In this document: piece after piece, positions 30,659-42,214 of the stretch
Numbering within the stretch: position 1 is the first letter of the stretch
Layout of the letters: each line of letters begins with the position of its first letter
Sequence record: NC_071039.1
Strand: one strand, 5' to 3'
DNA: 64,000 nucleotides
Notes under the pieces: generated by a model
What the model was told of the DNA's origin: nothing
Database searches by the model: none
Seen by the model: only the letters and a program-made list of their open reading frames with translations
Made by a program: the position numbers and the translations under genes

Positions 30659-30762
30659 CGCGCTTTACTGCGCGTTAATTTGCGCGTATGCTGCAAAAAC
30701 ACGTAACACTAGAGCTTATATACGCTTATGCTTAAAAAGCTGTATAACGCAATTTATGCGTT
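30627..30762. repeat. GA/TC/GG/CC-free island B
   Basis: 136 nt with a single GA; AACGCGC/GCGCGTT inverted repeat. Confidence 0.7.
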
Positions 30763-31397
30763 CCTTAACGAACTTGCTTATATAAAATATATAAGATTCT
30801 ATGTCTTCTTTAAATGTGTTCATAAGCATCATTTATCGGAAATACTTCTGTTAAGTAATTTAGCAGGTACAACTATAGGAGCATATAGATTTGAACGTCT
30901 CTTAAGCATGGATTATTGCACTATATCGATTGACATGCCACTCGACGAGGATTATTTTATTGCCTGTAATACAAAAGGAATTATTTCTGTAGCAAAATGT
31001 AATCTCATATCAATGAATTTTTATGATTTTGGTACACAATTATCAAACTATTACTTTTTTAAATACGACAATACACTGAATGGTTCGTTTTTTGTGTATC
31101 CATCCAAAAATTATTTAGTACATCCAGAAGTAATATCTTATATAAAGAAATATAATAATGAGAGTTTATATAAAAGAACAACGTATTTGCCGGGGTAATG
31201 CCGAAATATACGATATAGTTATCAGACAGGAAGGTTATTTAGAATTTCTAGAAGAAACAGAAACAGAATACACAGGATTTCTAAATGTTGTTAAAATATA
31301 CAAATGCACCGATGGGTATCAAAAACGAATTCATACAACAAAACAGAAGTTTTCTTTTCCGAAAGATTCTGACGAAATACTTATAATAGAATTATAG
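30728..31397 (+). CDS. two hypothetical proteins (30728-31198, 31158-31397)
   Basis: Tandem ORFs; starts uncertain. Confidence 0.5.
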
Positions 31398-31407
31398 GAA
31401 TTTCTGC

Positions 31408-31974
31408 ATGACTACAACTGAGGCAACTCTACTTAGTCTCGCTATCGCTGCAAGTTGTATGGTAGCAGACAAAATGTATTCTAAAGAATTTGAATACATT
31501 ACTAACCTTAAACTAAAAGAAGAAAAACTAAAAGAAGAATTTGCTATAAATGATGAAGATAAAATAAAATCATATATAGCGTTGTGTAAAAGAAGAAAGA
31601 ATTGCAGGGCAGTAGCAGAAGCAATATATTATGAAGCGCGTAGTGAATCTAGGATCGGAATGAAAGGTGTAGCATTTACGATATTAAATAGAGCCATGAA
31701 TCCTACTAGATGGCCCAACACCCCGTACAGTGTGGTTTACTATAAATGCCAAATTAGTTATACTTGCGACGGCAGTAGAAAACAAGGTTTTAAAGAAAAA
31801 GATAAATGGGATTTAGCTAATATAGTAGCATATAGGGCTATAAATAGACTATCTAGCGATCCCACCAACGGCGCAGATCATTATTATGCACCGCACAGAG
31901 TAAGCAAACCGTATTGGGCAAAGAAAATGAGAAAAACTGCCAAATTAGGTAATCATGTGTTTTATAAATCGTAA
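31408..31974 (+). CDS. SleB/CwlJ-type cell wall hydrolase (Hydrolase_2)
   Basis: AIYYEARSE, VA..ILNR, WPNT...VVY...Q.S, GADHYY...KPYWA, GNHVFY; hydrophobic N-terminus. Confidence 0.88.
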   Translation: MTTTEATLLSLAIAASCMVADKMYSKEFEYITNLKLKEEKLKEEFAINDEDKIKSYIALCKRRKNCRAVAEAIYYEARSESRIGMKGVAFTILNRAMNPTRWPNTPYSVVYYKCQISYTCDGSRKQGFKEKDKWDLANIVAYRAINRLSSDPTNGADHYYAPHRVSKPYWAKKMRKTAKLGNHVFYKS

Positions 31975-32498
31975 TGAGGATTATACTATGGTATGTAAAA
32001 CAATAACAAAAGAAATGTTTGAAATGCAATATAATATAAGAAACTATTCTACTGTTGCTCATATATATATTAGCACAAGAGCAAATATAATAGAAATATA
32101 TTATAAAACCCCGTTTAACCAGGGCATAGTATTGCAAAATTATTACGTTAACGAAGAATGCGACCAATATATACAGTCTTGTAGATTATATAGGGAATAT
32201 GAAAAAAATAGAATATAAAATAAATCTTTTAATCGAAGAAATAAAAGAGTTTAAAAGAACAAAAAAAGAACTCAATGAAGATCTAATGCAACATTATACA
32301 AAGTTCTATTCAGAACAAGTTAAAGATGTTTATTTTAGATCTTTAAATTTTAGACGAAATTCTGTAAAACAACTTATTAAACAATTGCATACCGTATGCA
32401 AACAAGCTAAAATAAAATTACTTTATATTAAAGCTAAGTCTTCAACTAAACAGCAGAGGCAAAAATGTAATAAAGTAAACGTAACTAGACGAACATAA
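31955..32498 (+). CDS. two hypothetical proteins (31955-32218, 32199-32498)
   Basis: Tandem ORFs. Confidence 0.5.
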
Positions 32499-32572
32499 TA
32501 TTTTGCGCTATACTGTATATCAAGCTAAGAAGCTTAACAAACAACATTAATACAACCGAGAGGTAATTTGCA

Positions 32573-32932
32573 ATGGCAAAAAGCTACGAAGAAGCATGGG
32601 CACTGGCAGAATTTCCCGAGCATTCGAAGGTCGTCGACGGTCAAGTCGGCGGCGTAACCGAATACGTTCTCCAGGAAATCGACTCCTACTGCATCGTCGA
32701 CAAGGACGGCAACAAGGTGTGGCTGAACATTCAGGGCAACATGCACCGCTTGCTCGGTCCGGCCACCCACATCAATGGGAAAAAGAAAAACGCATGGGCA
32801 GTGGACGGCGACATCATCCGCACCTGGGATGAATACGAAAAAGCCGTCGGCGACCGGGTGCCGAAAGAGCACATTATGATGCTCAAGCTTCAACACGGCG
32901 ACGATCAGTTCGAGTTCGACACCGACGACTAA
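32573..32932 (+). CDS. GC-rich small protein with an HRxxGPA hairpin motif
   Basis: MHRLLGPATH; about 55% GC; GAGAGGT SD; own terminator. Confidence 0.8.
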   Translation: MAKSYEEAWALAEFPEHSKVVDGQVGGVTEYVLQEIDSYCIVDKDGNKVWLNIQGNMHRLLGPATHINGKKKNAWAVDGDIIRTWDEYEKAVGDRVPKEHIMMLKLQHGDDQFEFDTDD

Positions 32933-32956
32933 ACCGGCGGCGAGTGCGCTAGGTTT

Positions 32957-32995
32957 ATATAAAATAAGGGACATAAAGTCCCTTATTTTATATAA
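32957..32995. terminator. bidirectional terminator
   Basis: TATATAAAATAAGGGAC-ATAAA-GTCCCTTATTTTATATA. Confidence 0.8.
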
Positions 32996-33116
32996 GAAAT
33001 AAACAATAAATGACATCTTTAGTCGAATGTTTGTAATCATGTTATTTTTGAATATAATAATTAATGTAAAATATTAGCTGTTTCTGTAATTATATTTTCA
33101 TAATAGGATATATAGT

Positions 33117-36100
33117 GTGTTCAAAAATGAATGTTTATTAGTGGGTGTGACTGAAGTTATTGCGAATATATTTTTATTTTCTAAATGTGTTTCTGAATGC
33201 AAACCAGCTGGCATATATGTAAGTAATCAATCTATAATCTTACGATGGTACTCAACTGGTATAGTAAGTGAAGTTATATATAATATCAAAATAGTGCCTT
33301 CTGTAAATAATAAATTATTTTTAAATACGATAACATGGTCTGATGGTCATTATGCCTACCAAGACATTAAAAAACAGACCAAAGTATCAGATGTATTACA
33401 TACTAATAAATATGAAACTTCGTTTGCTATCCATTTTAAAAACATATCGTTTGATATGTTTATTCCTTTTATAGTAAAAGAAGTAAGAGAATGTCAACTT
33501 ATAATACACAATCTACAGTATATAACGACAACTCCCACAGGACCACGAAATAACATCAATTATAAAATAATATCGCATGTAAATGATACAGATTTATGTA
33601 ATGTACATTTTAGTTCCAGGAGTTTCCTGTACTTTTCATTGACCGTGTATAATTATAATACTATATATAAACACACATTCAAAATATCAAAACAGTTTAG
33701 TATATGGGATATTGATGAAATATGTTAAATTTAAAAGAAATAGGAAAGTCTGAATACGGGAATATATTTGGAGTTAGCTATCTTATATATAACTGCAGAC
33801 TTTCTAGTTTCGATGTAGTTCGAAATTCATGCATAATATGTTTTGAGAGCAATTTTTATAATTGTATAATTCATTCGTGCGAATTGGATTTATTTTATTA
33901 TAAATATGGATCTTTAAATGACGATCCAGAAAATAATATCTATCCTACTGAAATTAAATTATTAAATTCAAACAAATTAAAGAAGAATAGAATTTTTTAT
34001 TCTTATATATCTATAATATCCAAAGCAAATGAGTTATACAAATATATTCCCTATATACTATCTAGGATTGCATCCAATTCTATCGTACTTCATAATTACA
34101 AAAACTTGAATATAGGTGATTACGGCGGTTTTATACGTGTGTGGACATACTGGACTAATTCACACATACTCGGAGGACCTAATGTAAGTGTAAATAATTC
34201 GGCTATAACTGTTATATTTCCTAAGATCAATAAAACAGAATACAGCATGCCTGTAATAGAATCCTATAATTTGGTATTAGAAATAGATAAAAACTCTAAT
34301 ATAATTTTTCCGGTATTAATAAATGAATGAAACCATACAATCTCTCCGAAGAGAAATAGAATTATTAAAAGATCAAGGTCTAAAATTAAGACATATAAAA
34401 AATCCTTGTAAAAAATGTATGGGCTACGGAATTATTTGTTATGGATCTACTGCTATGTGGAACAGAGGTGCAGTCGGAGGGAATGCAATAACACCCGGCC
34501 GGTGCGATGCCTGCTGGGGTTCTGGTGATGAAGATAACCCGTGGGAAAATTTATTAGAATTAACAATTCAAAAAAGAACAATAGATACAATCTACAACTC
34601 TCTTAAATTGGATGGTTGGATAGAAGTAACGTCCGATACTGTGTTTTTTAAAGGAAGTAACCGAGTTGTTACTAAATCTGGAAATATTTTATATGGATAT
34701 AGAAGTTATTATAATGACAAACAATTAATCTGCTACATCGAAGAACCTAATACTTCAATTAATTTAAAAATAACTAGTTGTGTTTTTATACAAAAGTGTT
34801 AAAATGTAATATATTTAAAAACTTTTGAGATTACCAATGTATAATTTCGAAAAGTTTATAACCGAGTATCTGTATAATAAAAAAGAGACAGAGCATTACG
34901 GGTATTTTTCTATATATAATTCTATTATTTTAAAGTGTATTTCTGGATGTTCAGATGAGCACTACGAATTTATTTCTAATTCTTTTATATCATATAAATG
35001 TAAAAAGAAATTAATAATAGAATTTTCTGTTAAATCGAAAGATAACATATACCATTCCATTAAACTTGCAGCAAAATATCACTCTAAAACAAAAGAAAAG
35101 TTAGACACTATTACTAATGTGGATAATTTATTTTTGTTTGAAACAAAAATAGGAATTATAGGTAATAATTTGTCTGTATACGTAGATTTAGGCGAAGTGG
35201 AATATATTGTATGATATACAGTTCGCATGCAAACATATTTAGGTCTGTTGCAAATTCTCTTATTTTAGAAATTTATAAAATAAACATCTCTTTAGAAAAA
35301 ATGATAGACGATGGACACGGCGACATATTAGATAGACAAGTAGTTTGCAGGAAAGGAACTTGGTTTTCTAAAAACTATTATATAATTTCTTCTTCTGCAA
35401 AAGAATTAGTTTCTCTTTCGCCTGCATTTATAGAAATATCAAACATTACTGTATCTGCATATACTTCCGGCGCATTAAAAAATAACCCTTTATCTAAAAT
35501 GAAGGGATTCGACAAATATATGCATAATGTAGGTGATGCACTAACTGCAATTAATTCGTCTAAGCTTGCAAACAAACTATTTAAATCTATAGAAGAACAA
35601 AATATAATTGTTGCTAAAGGCAGGGAAGAATATGCGTTATCGCAAAGTTTAATAAAAGAAAATTGTCATACAAACAAAGGAATGCAATATAAACAATTAG
35701 AAGAAATAATTAATACCTATATACGTCAATTACCAGAACACTTACAACACGAAGCAAGAAACAGAATAAGAAAATCCGATAAGAAACTTAAATCTTTAAT
35801 TAGTTACGCACAAGAACATAACATAACTTTTATATAGTGGAAATATAATGAAAAATATAATTAAACATATTTTAGATTTTTATAACGGATTTTCCTATAT
35901 AGTTCTGTCAAACGTTATATTTCTTTTTAGTTGTATAGTAACTACAGTATTTCTGTGTTATGTGTCTAAATTAAATAATGTACAAAATTTGGTATCCGAC
36001 TCGGTTTATACAACTATAGTAGTTTTGTATTGTATTATAGGTCTTCTGTGTGGATTAAAAAGTAGTAAAATAGTAGAATTGATAAAACCGGAAAAAAATA

Positions 36101-36177
36101 TTGCAACTACTGTAGGTGTTATAACCGGCATCACTGTAGTGTTAGTTGCTATGTTGGGATGGATATATGCGGCGTAA
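33117..36177 (+). CDS. run of six hypothetical proteins; 34323-34802 has a DnaJ-like CxxCxGxG Zn motif, 35848-36177 is a membrane protein
   Basis: Coupled ORFs 33117-33728, 33722-34330, 34323-34802 (CKKCMGYG, CDACWGSG), 34825-35214, 35211-35837, 35848-36177. Confidence 0.6.
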
Positions 36178-37594
36178 TAGAAATCTTTCATCTTATAATA
36201 GATTGATATCAAAAGTAGCCGTTAAGATTAAAATTCCCCATATGATGAGCGGGAATTTAAATGGAGCATTTAATCACTATTTTAGTAAGAATATAATAGC
36301 AGAGGATGTTGCTATCTGTAGTTGGGCAGGAGATAGCAGACATGCAGGAAGATCATCAATATATTCTGACGATATACCGTGTCAATTAATACGCAACACT
36401 GCAGGAAATACTTCAGGTTGCACGTCTTACACTAACAAAGTTATTATGAATTATAAAGAGGATGCCAGAATGACTCAAGTTAACAGAACCTACACACGTA
36501 ATAGTAACGATATTGAGTTTTCTCTGGAAGAAGAATTCTCTAATGTCTTTAATGAATCGCCTATAAGAAAAACGTGGGTAGCATTTATAGATTGTAACAC
36601 AAAGGCAGTAGAAGAAGCATTTAAAACTTGCCTAAGTAAAGAATCGTTTGATATAATCTCCAAAAAATATACAAATATAACATCTTATTCGTCATCTGAT
36701 GCAGAGCGAGATGCAGACGTCGCATCTGAGGAAATTTGGGTAATAGGAAACGAAAAAGCAGCTATTTCTAGAATTACAGATATTTACGATAGTGTACGAT
36801 TTATGGTAATTTCTGCAAATGATAGTTGCAATGTAGCCAGGTTTGTAGAAGAATTTGGAAAAGTATATGCAAATGCATATCCTAAGGTAAAAGAAGAAAA
36901 ACCGGAAATTAATATTATTGTAGCTGATTCCCACGGCTATGATTTGGAGTCGTTTGACATGACTCCTCTGCAAAACATAGATGCCTTTATTGAAGAAAAT
37001 TATAACGATGATTTTAAAGACACATCTGAATATATAGTAGAAAAAATTATTAGTTCTAGTAAAGGTATAACACTCCTTCATGGCGAACGAGGAACTGGTA
37101 AAACTAATTTCATCCGATACATTGCAAATAAAGCTAAAAAGAAGAAACTCATATATGTTCCTTCTGATATGGCTCCGGAGTTAGCCAGACCTCAGTTTGT
37201 CTCGTTTGTTATGAACCACAAAGATAGTGTGTTTATAGTAGAAGACGCAGAAAATATTCTCCGTCCTCGGGAAGGCGGCGGCAGTTCAGCAGTGTCTAAC
37301 CTTCTTAACATGAGTGACGGTATCCTAGGTGATGCTGTTCGGTGTCAGTTTATTTGTACGTTTAACTGTAAAATTTCAGAAATTGACAGTGCATTGACTC
37401 GTAAAGGTCGGTTAAATGCAGAGTATGAATTTAACAAATTAACAAAAGAAAAATCCCAAAATCTTTTAGACAAAAAATACGGAACAGGAACATATGTAGC
37501 AAAAGGCGAAATGACGCTAGCAGACATTTACAATATGGATAATCCTGACTTTAAAGTCCAACTTAAGAAACAAAAAATTGGTTTCGGGAACTAA
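36146..37594 (+). CDS. AAA ATPase (BCS1-like); start uncertain, 36167 or 36470
   Basis: Walker A GERGTGKT, Walker B IVEDAE, LLNMSDGILG, TFN, SALTRKGRL. Confidence 0.85.
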   Translation: MLCWDGYMRRNRNLSSYNRLISKVAVKIKIPHMMSGNLNGAFNHYFSKNIIAEDVAICSWAGDSRHAGRSSIYSDDIPCQLIRNTAGNTSGCTSYTNKVIMNYKEDARMTQVNRTYTRNSNDIEFSLEEEFSNVFNESPIRKTWVAFIDCNTKAVEEAFKTCLSKESFDIISKKYTNITSYSSSDAERDADVASEEIWVIGNEKAAISRITDIYDSVRFMVISANDSCNVARFVEEFGKVYANAYPKVKEEKPEINIIVADSHGYDLESFDMTPLQNIDAFIEENYNDDFKDTSEYIVEKIISSSKGITLLHGERGTGKTNFIRYIANKAKKKKLIYVPSDMAPELARPQFVSFVMNHKDSVFIVEDAENILRPREGGGSSAVSNLLNMSDGILGDAVRCQFICTFNCKISEIDSALTRKGRLNAEYEFNKLTKEKSQNLLDKKYGTGTYVAKGEMTLADIYNMDNPDFKVQLKKQKIGFGN

Positions 37595-37599
37595 ACAAT

Positions 37600-37863
37600 A
37601 TGCGTAGATATTTCATTGCATATTTTTCACTGGTATTCATATTAGCTATATCCGGAATTATATATGCGTTGACATATGGATTTATATTTGCCGGAAAAGA
37701 AAACTCTCCGGGGTATTCTAATAGTAGGGATAATCTTATTAAAAATATGAATGAATTATTGGAACAACAAAAAGCACTAAATTTGGAAATAAAGGAATTA
37801 AACAAAGAAATTAATTCTACTAAAACTGAAATATCGACAAAATTACAAAATGTAGACACCTAA
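37600..37863 (+). CDS. TM-anchored coiled-coil protein
   Basis: N-terminal TM segment and heptad-rich tail. Confidence 0.6.
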   Translation: MRRYFIAYFSLVFILAISGIIYALTYGFIFAGKENSPGYSNSRDNLIKNMNELLEQQKALNLEIKELNKEINSTKTEISTKLQNVDT

Positions 37864-37879
37864 CAGTAGTTTCTATATA

Positions 37880-37910
37880 ATAAAACAGGAGCATTAGGCT
37901 CCTGTTTTAT
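37880..37910. terminator. bidirectional terminator
   Basis: ATAAAACAGGAGC-ATTAG-GCTCCTGTTTTAT. Confidence 0.75.
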
Positions 37911-38646
37911 TTTTTGAAATTTTAGTCATTATAGTATTATATAAATCATATGCACGTTTGATTATACGTTTGTATGCTCTGGGGTTTTCATTTTTAAGAA
38001 ACATAATATAATTTATGTGTGCATTTTCTATAAATGCATTTATAAATTCTTCTTTTGTTAAGACAGTTCCTTTTTTGTATAAAAAACTAAATTGATCTAC
38101 AGTTTGTTCTAAAGCTTGACTTATTCTTGCATTTATTTCGTATGATTGTCTATAATATGTATCCGAAGATGCCGGATCGTATCTTTTTATTTTTTCATTC
38201 TTAAACGGTTGTCCTTTATTTTTATCTAGTGCATGCCTTAACTCATGTACTATAGTTGAAACTACACTCTTGTTATTACTAAAAGAATTACCGTAATAAT
38301 GAGTATAAACATATATCGTATTAGATACTAAGTTGTATTCTCCTTTCTTTGCACTGTGTTGTCCAGAAATGTCAAACACTACCTGAATATCTTTAAATTC
38401 ATTGTACAAATTATCGAATATATCATCGGGAATTATATTTTTTAAAACAACACTATAGGTATTTAACATTATTTCTATAGTAGGCCAATCGTAGTTTTTC
38501 AACAACAATTGATCTTCTATTTCTTCTCTGTGTTGTTTCAAATTGTTGAAATATGATACGGCGTTTGCTACACACATTTTCGCAATATTTTGAATAATCA
38601 GTTCTTCGTCTGAAGTTTCGATTAAATTAATTTCGTTTAGTCGCAC
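37894..38646 (-). CDS. zincin-like HEXXH metallopeptidase, predicted virion internal protein
   Basis: IVHELRHALD, YEINARI; leader MRLNEINLIE; late operon. Confidence 0.7.
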   Translation of the reverse strand: MRLNEINLIETSDEELIIQNIAKMCVANAVSYFNNLKQHREEIEDQLLLKNYDWPTIEIMLNTYSVVLKNIIPDDIFDNLYNEFKDIQVVFDISGQHSAKKGEYNLVSNTIYVYTHYYGNSFSNNKSVVSTIVHELRHALDKNKGQPFKNEKIKRYDPASSDTYYRQSYEINARISQALEQTVDQFSFLYKKGTVLTKEEFINAFIENAHINYIMFLKNENPRAYKRIIKRAYDLYNTIMTKISKNKTGA

Positions 38647-39316
38647 GATTTTCTGCCCTTTTCTTTAATGTAACATACAATTCGTAACATCTAGATACTA
38701 TTCGTTTCCATACTTTTGGATTTTCTTTCTTTAAGTATGTAAGCTGATGACCTTTTGCGAATTTTTCTATATTATCTAGAAACCATTCTTTGGATGGTAT
38801 TTCTTTTGAAGATCCCCAATACTGCAAAAATATAACCTTAAGATCATTTAATAATTCGGCTATTCTTGCATTTATTTCGTATTTTTGATTTAAATATTCT
38901 TTATGTTTATCTGAATTGTTTGTATGTTTATATAATAACGGATTACCCTTAGAACTATCTAATGCATGTTGTAATTCATGAACTAAGGTATTTGTGTATG
39001 TTATATCATTTTTATATGAATCTGGACCTATATCAAAAAGTGCTATGAGATTTTTGCCATCGGTTCTTTGAATAAAAGCACCGTTGTATTGTTCTGGATG
39101 CTCATTCGCATACGGACGTATTATTAAATCGGAAATATTATTTAAAACAGGATACTTATCAAAATATTCTTGTTTTATTAAATCTTTTAGTTTGTATGAA
39201 TTGTATATTTTATTTTCTGCATTCTTTTCTATAACAAACCATATTATTTTTGCAATAGTAGATAATATTATACTTTCGCTTGCCTTTTCCGTTAGATTAA
39301 ATTCTAAAATTTTCAT
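38627..39316 (-). CDS. zincin-like HEXXH metallopeptidase, paralog of the previous gene
   Basis: LVHELQHALD, YEINARI; leader MKILEFNLTE. Confidence 0.7.
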   Translation of the reverse strand: MKILEFNLTEKASESIILSTIAKIIWFVIEKNAENKIYNSYKLKDLIKQEYFDKYPVLNNISDLIIRPYANEHPEQYNGAFIQRTDGKNLIALFDIGPDSYKNDITYTNTLVHELQHALDSSKGNPLLYKHTNNSDKHKEYLNQKYEINARIAELLNDLKVIFLQYWGSSKEIPSKEWFLDNIEKFAKGHQLTYLKKENPKVWKRIVSRCYELYVTLKKRAENRATKRN

Positions 39317-39322
39317 TATATC

Positions 39323-39517
39323 CTATCCGTTATGTTTCCAATACTGGATAGATTTTTCTTGTTTAGAAACCCAGTCTTTAGAAGGTTTTCCTTTACCCTC
39401 ATAATATCTAAGGGGCTTCCCTGTCTTTTTAGAAACAAGTGCCCATTTTCCATTTATATGTTTTAATTCTTCGTCTAATTCTGACGATTCTAGTATGCAT
39501 ATTTCGGAAAGTTTCAT
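39323..39517 (-). CDS. small conserved late protein
   Basis: GKWALVSKK..KPL.Y..GKGKPS..WV motif; leader MKLSEICILE. Confidence 0.7.
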   Translation of the reverse strand: MKLSEICILESSELDEELKHINGKWALVSKKTGKPLRYYEGKGKPSKDWVSKQEKSIQYWKHNG

Positions 39518-39548
39518 AATCTTTAATCCTGTATTATATGTATATGCT

Positions 39549-39574
39549 TATTTATCGCATTATATAACTAAATA
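39549..39574. promoter_or_regulatory. divergent late promoters
   Basis: GATAAATA (minus, 39549-39556) and CTAAATA (plus, 39568-39574) between divergent genes. Confidence 0.6.
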
Positions 39575-39602
39575 GTGTTATCTTGTAAAGGAGGAGTTTT
39601 CC

Positions 39603-40583
39603 ATGGGAAGACCTATTAAAAGCGATTGGTTTGGTGAAAGCGAAACGGGCCAACCTAAGTTAAGCATATATGCTAAGTTACCTGGTATGACTAATGCTGC
39701 CGAGGGTTTTATAGTAGCACAAAAAGGTACTCGTAAATATAAAGTAAACGTTAACGACACTATAGGCGATGTCTTTCTAGTTAATTCTAAATTAGCTGAT
39801 TTAAACGAAGGCGAAGGGGTTATATTCGTAGGCGAAGTAGATAGTGACATAACTGTTTCTAAAATACAACAATACGGATTAGTAGCAGTTAATTCCACTG
39901 GCGAAATTCAATTCGGCGGACAAACACAATGGGTAGTAGACGAAGAAACAGGATTACAACCTGATACTAGTTCTGTCCCGCAACCAAGTAATCAAACGTT
40001 GCTTGCAAATGCCAGTACTGCATTTAAGAAAGAAAACGGAACATTATGGACTGGTTCGGGAATACCGGCATCAGGAATGTTAGTATCTAAAAATAATATA
40101 ATTGAACTTGCATTGTCTGCACACTTGCGCGGTTCTGTTATTAACAGAAAAATAAACGACGACGGTTCGTATGATATATCTCTAACTTCTTCAACACAAG
40201 ATTGGGCGTTTGACTATTGTGTAGGTATTGTATCGCCGGCAGTAACAGATATAACTACAGAATACGACGTTGTTCTTACTGCATATTGCAATTCAGAAGG
40301 TAAAGAACAAAACCCAGCTGTATTTACTTTAGCAAAAGAAGATACATATGTATGGAAAAATACAGTTCTAGATGGGGATATTACTGACAGTGCATCCGAT
40401 CCTGATAATCGGTGTGTTCAAAATACTCTTAGATACACGTTCTTTAAAGATAATGTTGTTCCTCCCGTAGGTGAAGAAGATCCTATAGTAGGTACATTTA
40501 TTATCAAATTAGAAGCAACCCATAAAACTAACTTTAATACTGTTAGTGCAAAAATGATAGTTCGTGTAACAAAAGATTTTTAA
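39603..40583 (+). CDS. late, probably structural protein
   Basis: MGRPIKSDWFG N-terminus, beta-rich; late promoter and GGAGGAG SD. Confidence 0.6.
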   Translation: MGRPIKSDWFGESETGQPKLSIYAKLPGMTNAAEGFIVAQKGTRKYKVNVNDTIGDVFLVNSKLADLNEGEGVIFVGEVDSDITVSKIQQYGLVAVNSTGEIQFGGQTQWVVDEETGLQPDTSSVPQPSNQTLLANASTAFKKENGTLWTGSGIPASGMLVSKNNIIELALSAHLRGSVINRKINDDGSYDISLTSSTQDWAFDYCVGIVSPAVTDITTEYDVVLTAYCNSEGKEQNPAVFTLAKEDTYVWKNTVLDGDITDSASDPDNRCVQNTLRYTFFKDNVVPPVGEEDPIVGTFIIKLEATHKTNFNTVSAKMIVRVTKDF

Positions 40584-40626
40584 TAAAATCTAAACAAAGA
40601 AAAGCGCTTTTATATGCGCTTTTCTT

Positions 40627-40655
40627 TTGACACAGTTACTGTTTAATTGTATTAT
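40627..40655 (+). promoter_or_regulatory. sigma70-type promoter next to a terminator hairpin
   Basis: TTGACA-17 nt-TATTAT; AAAGAAAAGCGC/GCGCTTTTCTTT hairpin immediately upstream. Confidence 0.7.
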
Positions 40656-40686
40656 GCAACAACAAACCGTACAGTAGGATACTATC

Positions 40687-40929
40687 ATGCAAGAAATTAT
40701 AGTGTACAGAAATCCGGTAGAAGCAGCGTTTTGGTCGAGCATGCAAGACGGAAATATTGTACTTTTTCTTGTGACATTTATGATTATGGCAGTATCATTA
40801 GTGGTAATGTTAGTAGCTATATATAACACAGTTATTGTTAATAAACGGGTCCGCACTAAATGGATTTATGTTCCCGTTGTGTTAGGAATTTTAATTTCGA
40901 TGATAACATGCTACAATCTATTTTTGTAG
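40687..40929 (+). CDS. small two-TM membrane protein
   Basis: IIVYRNPVEAAFW followed by two hydrophobic helices. Confidence 0.65.
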   Translation: MQEIIVYRNPVEAAFWSSMQDGNIVLFLVTFMIMAVSLVVMLVAIYNTVIVNKRVRTKWIYVPVVLGILISMITCYNLFL

Positions 40930-40943
40930 AACGAAAATCAATA

Positions 40944-40965
40944 AAAAGGGCTTTAAGCCCTTTTT
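40944..40965. terminator. intrinsic terminator
   Basis: AAAAGGGC-TTTAA-GCCCTTTT. Confidence 0.7.
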
Positions 40966-41045
40966 ATTTGTCTGCGCATACCTTTAGCACAAAAATATTG
41001 TTTTATGCTATAATGTCCTTACTATAATATATTGAGAATATATCT

Positions 41046-42131
41046 ATGAATATTAATATATGGTATACTAACGTAGAACTACAAACAAAAACAAAGAAAC
41101 AAGTACAGATTTGGCCTAAAAAAATTACTAGTCCCGAACCTTCCTACAGTTTTACAAATTGTGTAAGAAATGTACAAAACGTATTTGACGAAATACATAT
41201 TTTAAAGGATATATCTATTAGACAAGGAAGTGCGAAAGTAATGCAAGCAGCAATATATATAAAAGAGATAGATATGTATGGCAGATTTGATCTGAGGGCA
41301 GAATCTCTTGTAGAACTTTTACATACAAAAAACATTTCTGTTTCGGAAGGTGTAATTAAAGGTAAGTTTTCATTTGATTTTAGTTCTAGTAGTTATAGAA
41401 TTATTCCAGCAGATAATGTAATTTCTGCCAGTGCAAAGAAAACTGCAAAAGAACTAATTCCATTTAGGGCATATAAAGATAAAGTAGGAAATTCCGTTAT
41501 ATACCTAGGGAAGGCATCAACTGAATGTGGCAAACAATTATTTTTGACAATCGACTTGCCTAATCATCAAGAAGAAAAAGGTCTAGCAAAAATGGCAGTA
41601 GATCTTGTAGGCGGAAGATATGCATGGTATATAAATTCTGATCATAATGTGTATAAGAACGAATTTGAAAAACTAAAATCATATGACGAAGACATGTACA
41701 ATGTTATACTAAAATTAAAACAATTAGATGTAGGTGATCTATCAAGTATATATGAAAAGTATTTCTTAAAGGCGTTTTATTATTGCACAAAAGAAGGACA
41801 TCGTGTATTTGACCGCAGATTTGATGTAGCAACCGGGCGGACGCTAGGCACCGGAAGTTATCTATATAGACTGCAATATACAGTAGGTGTTCCTCCGTTG
41901 TATCAAGAAATTGACGATATTAGCGAAATGTTTGTTAGTAGCGGAATTCCCGGAACATATGTAGCTATTCCCAAGAAATGGCTATCTTACAAATATATCA
42001 GTGCTAGCAACGCATTACCCTTATACGTAGACTTTAAAAATAAAATCGTCCGTAAAACAACTGTAACTGATGAAATTAACCCATATGAATACGATGATAG
42101 TTTTATAAATGAAGTATTAAATCATATATAA
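41046..42131 (+). CDS. hypothetical protein
   Basis: 361 aa ORF; no recognised motif. Confidence 0.7.
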   Translation: MNINIWYTNVELQTKTKKQVQIWPKKITSPEPSYSFTNCVRNVQNVFDEIHILKDISIRQGSAKVMQAAIYIKEIDMYGRFDLRAESLVELLHTKNISVSEGVIKGKFSFDFSSSSYRIIPADNVISASAKKTAKELIPFRAYKDKVGNSVIYLGKASTECGKQLFLTIDLPNHQEEKGLAKMAVDLVGGRYAWYINSDHNVYKNEFEKLKSYDEDMYNVILKLKQLDVGDLSSIYEKYFLKAFYYCTKEGHRVFDRRFDVATGRTLGTGSYLYRLQYTVGVPPLYQEIDDISEMFVSSGIPGTYVAIPKKWLSYKYISASNALPLYVDFKNKIVRKTTVTDEINPYEYDDSFINEVLNHI

Positions 42132-42214
42132 TTTATTTAATACGATACTAGACTATATATGGTATTTTTTTGTATGATATACAATGACAGTTGGGAATTT
42201 AAATGCTTTTTACG

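Noticed and set aside
36290-36470. CsrB-like sponge RNA (several CAGGA motifs)
   Set aside because: Most of the motifs fall on Ala-Gly (GCA GGA) codons in a frame that stays open for more than 100 codons into the ATPase, so coding sequence explains them.
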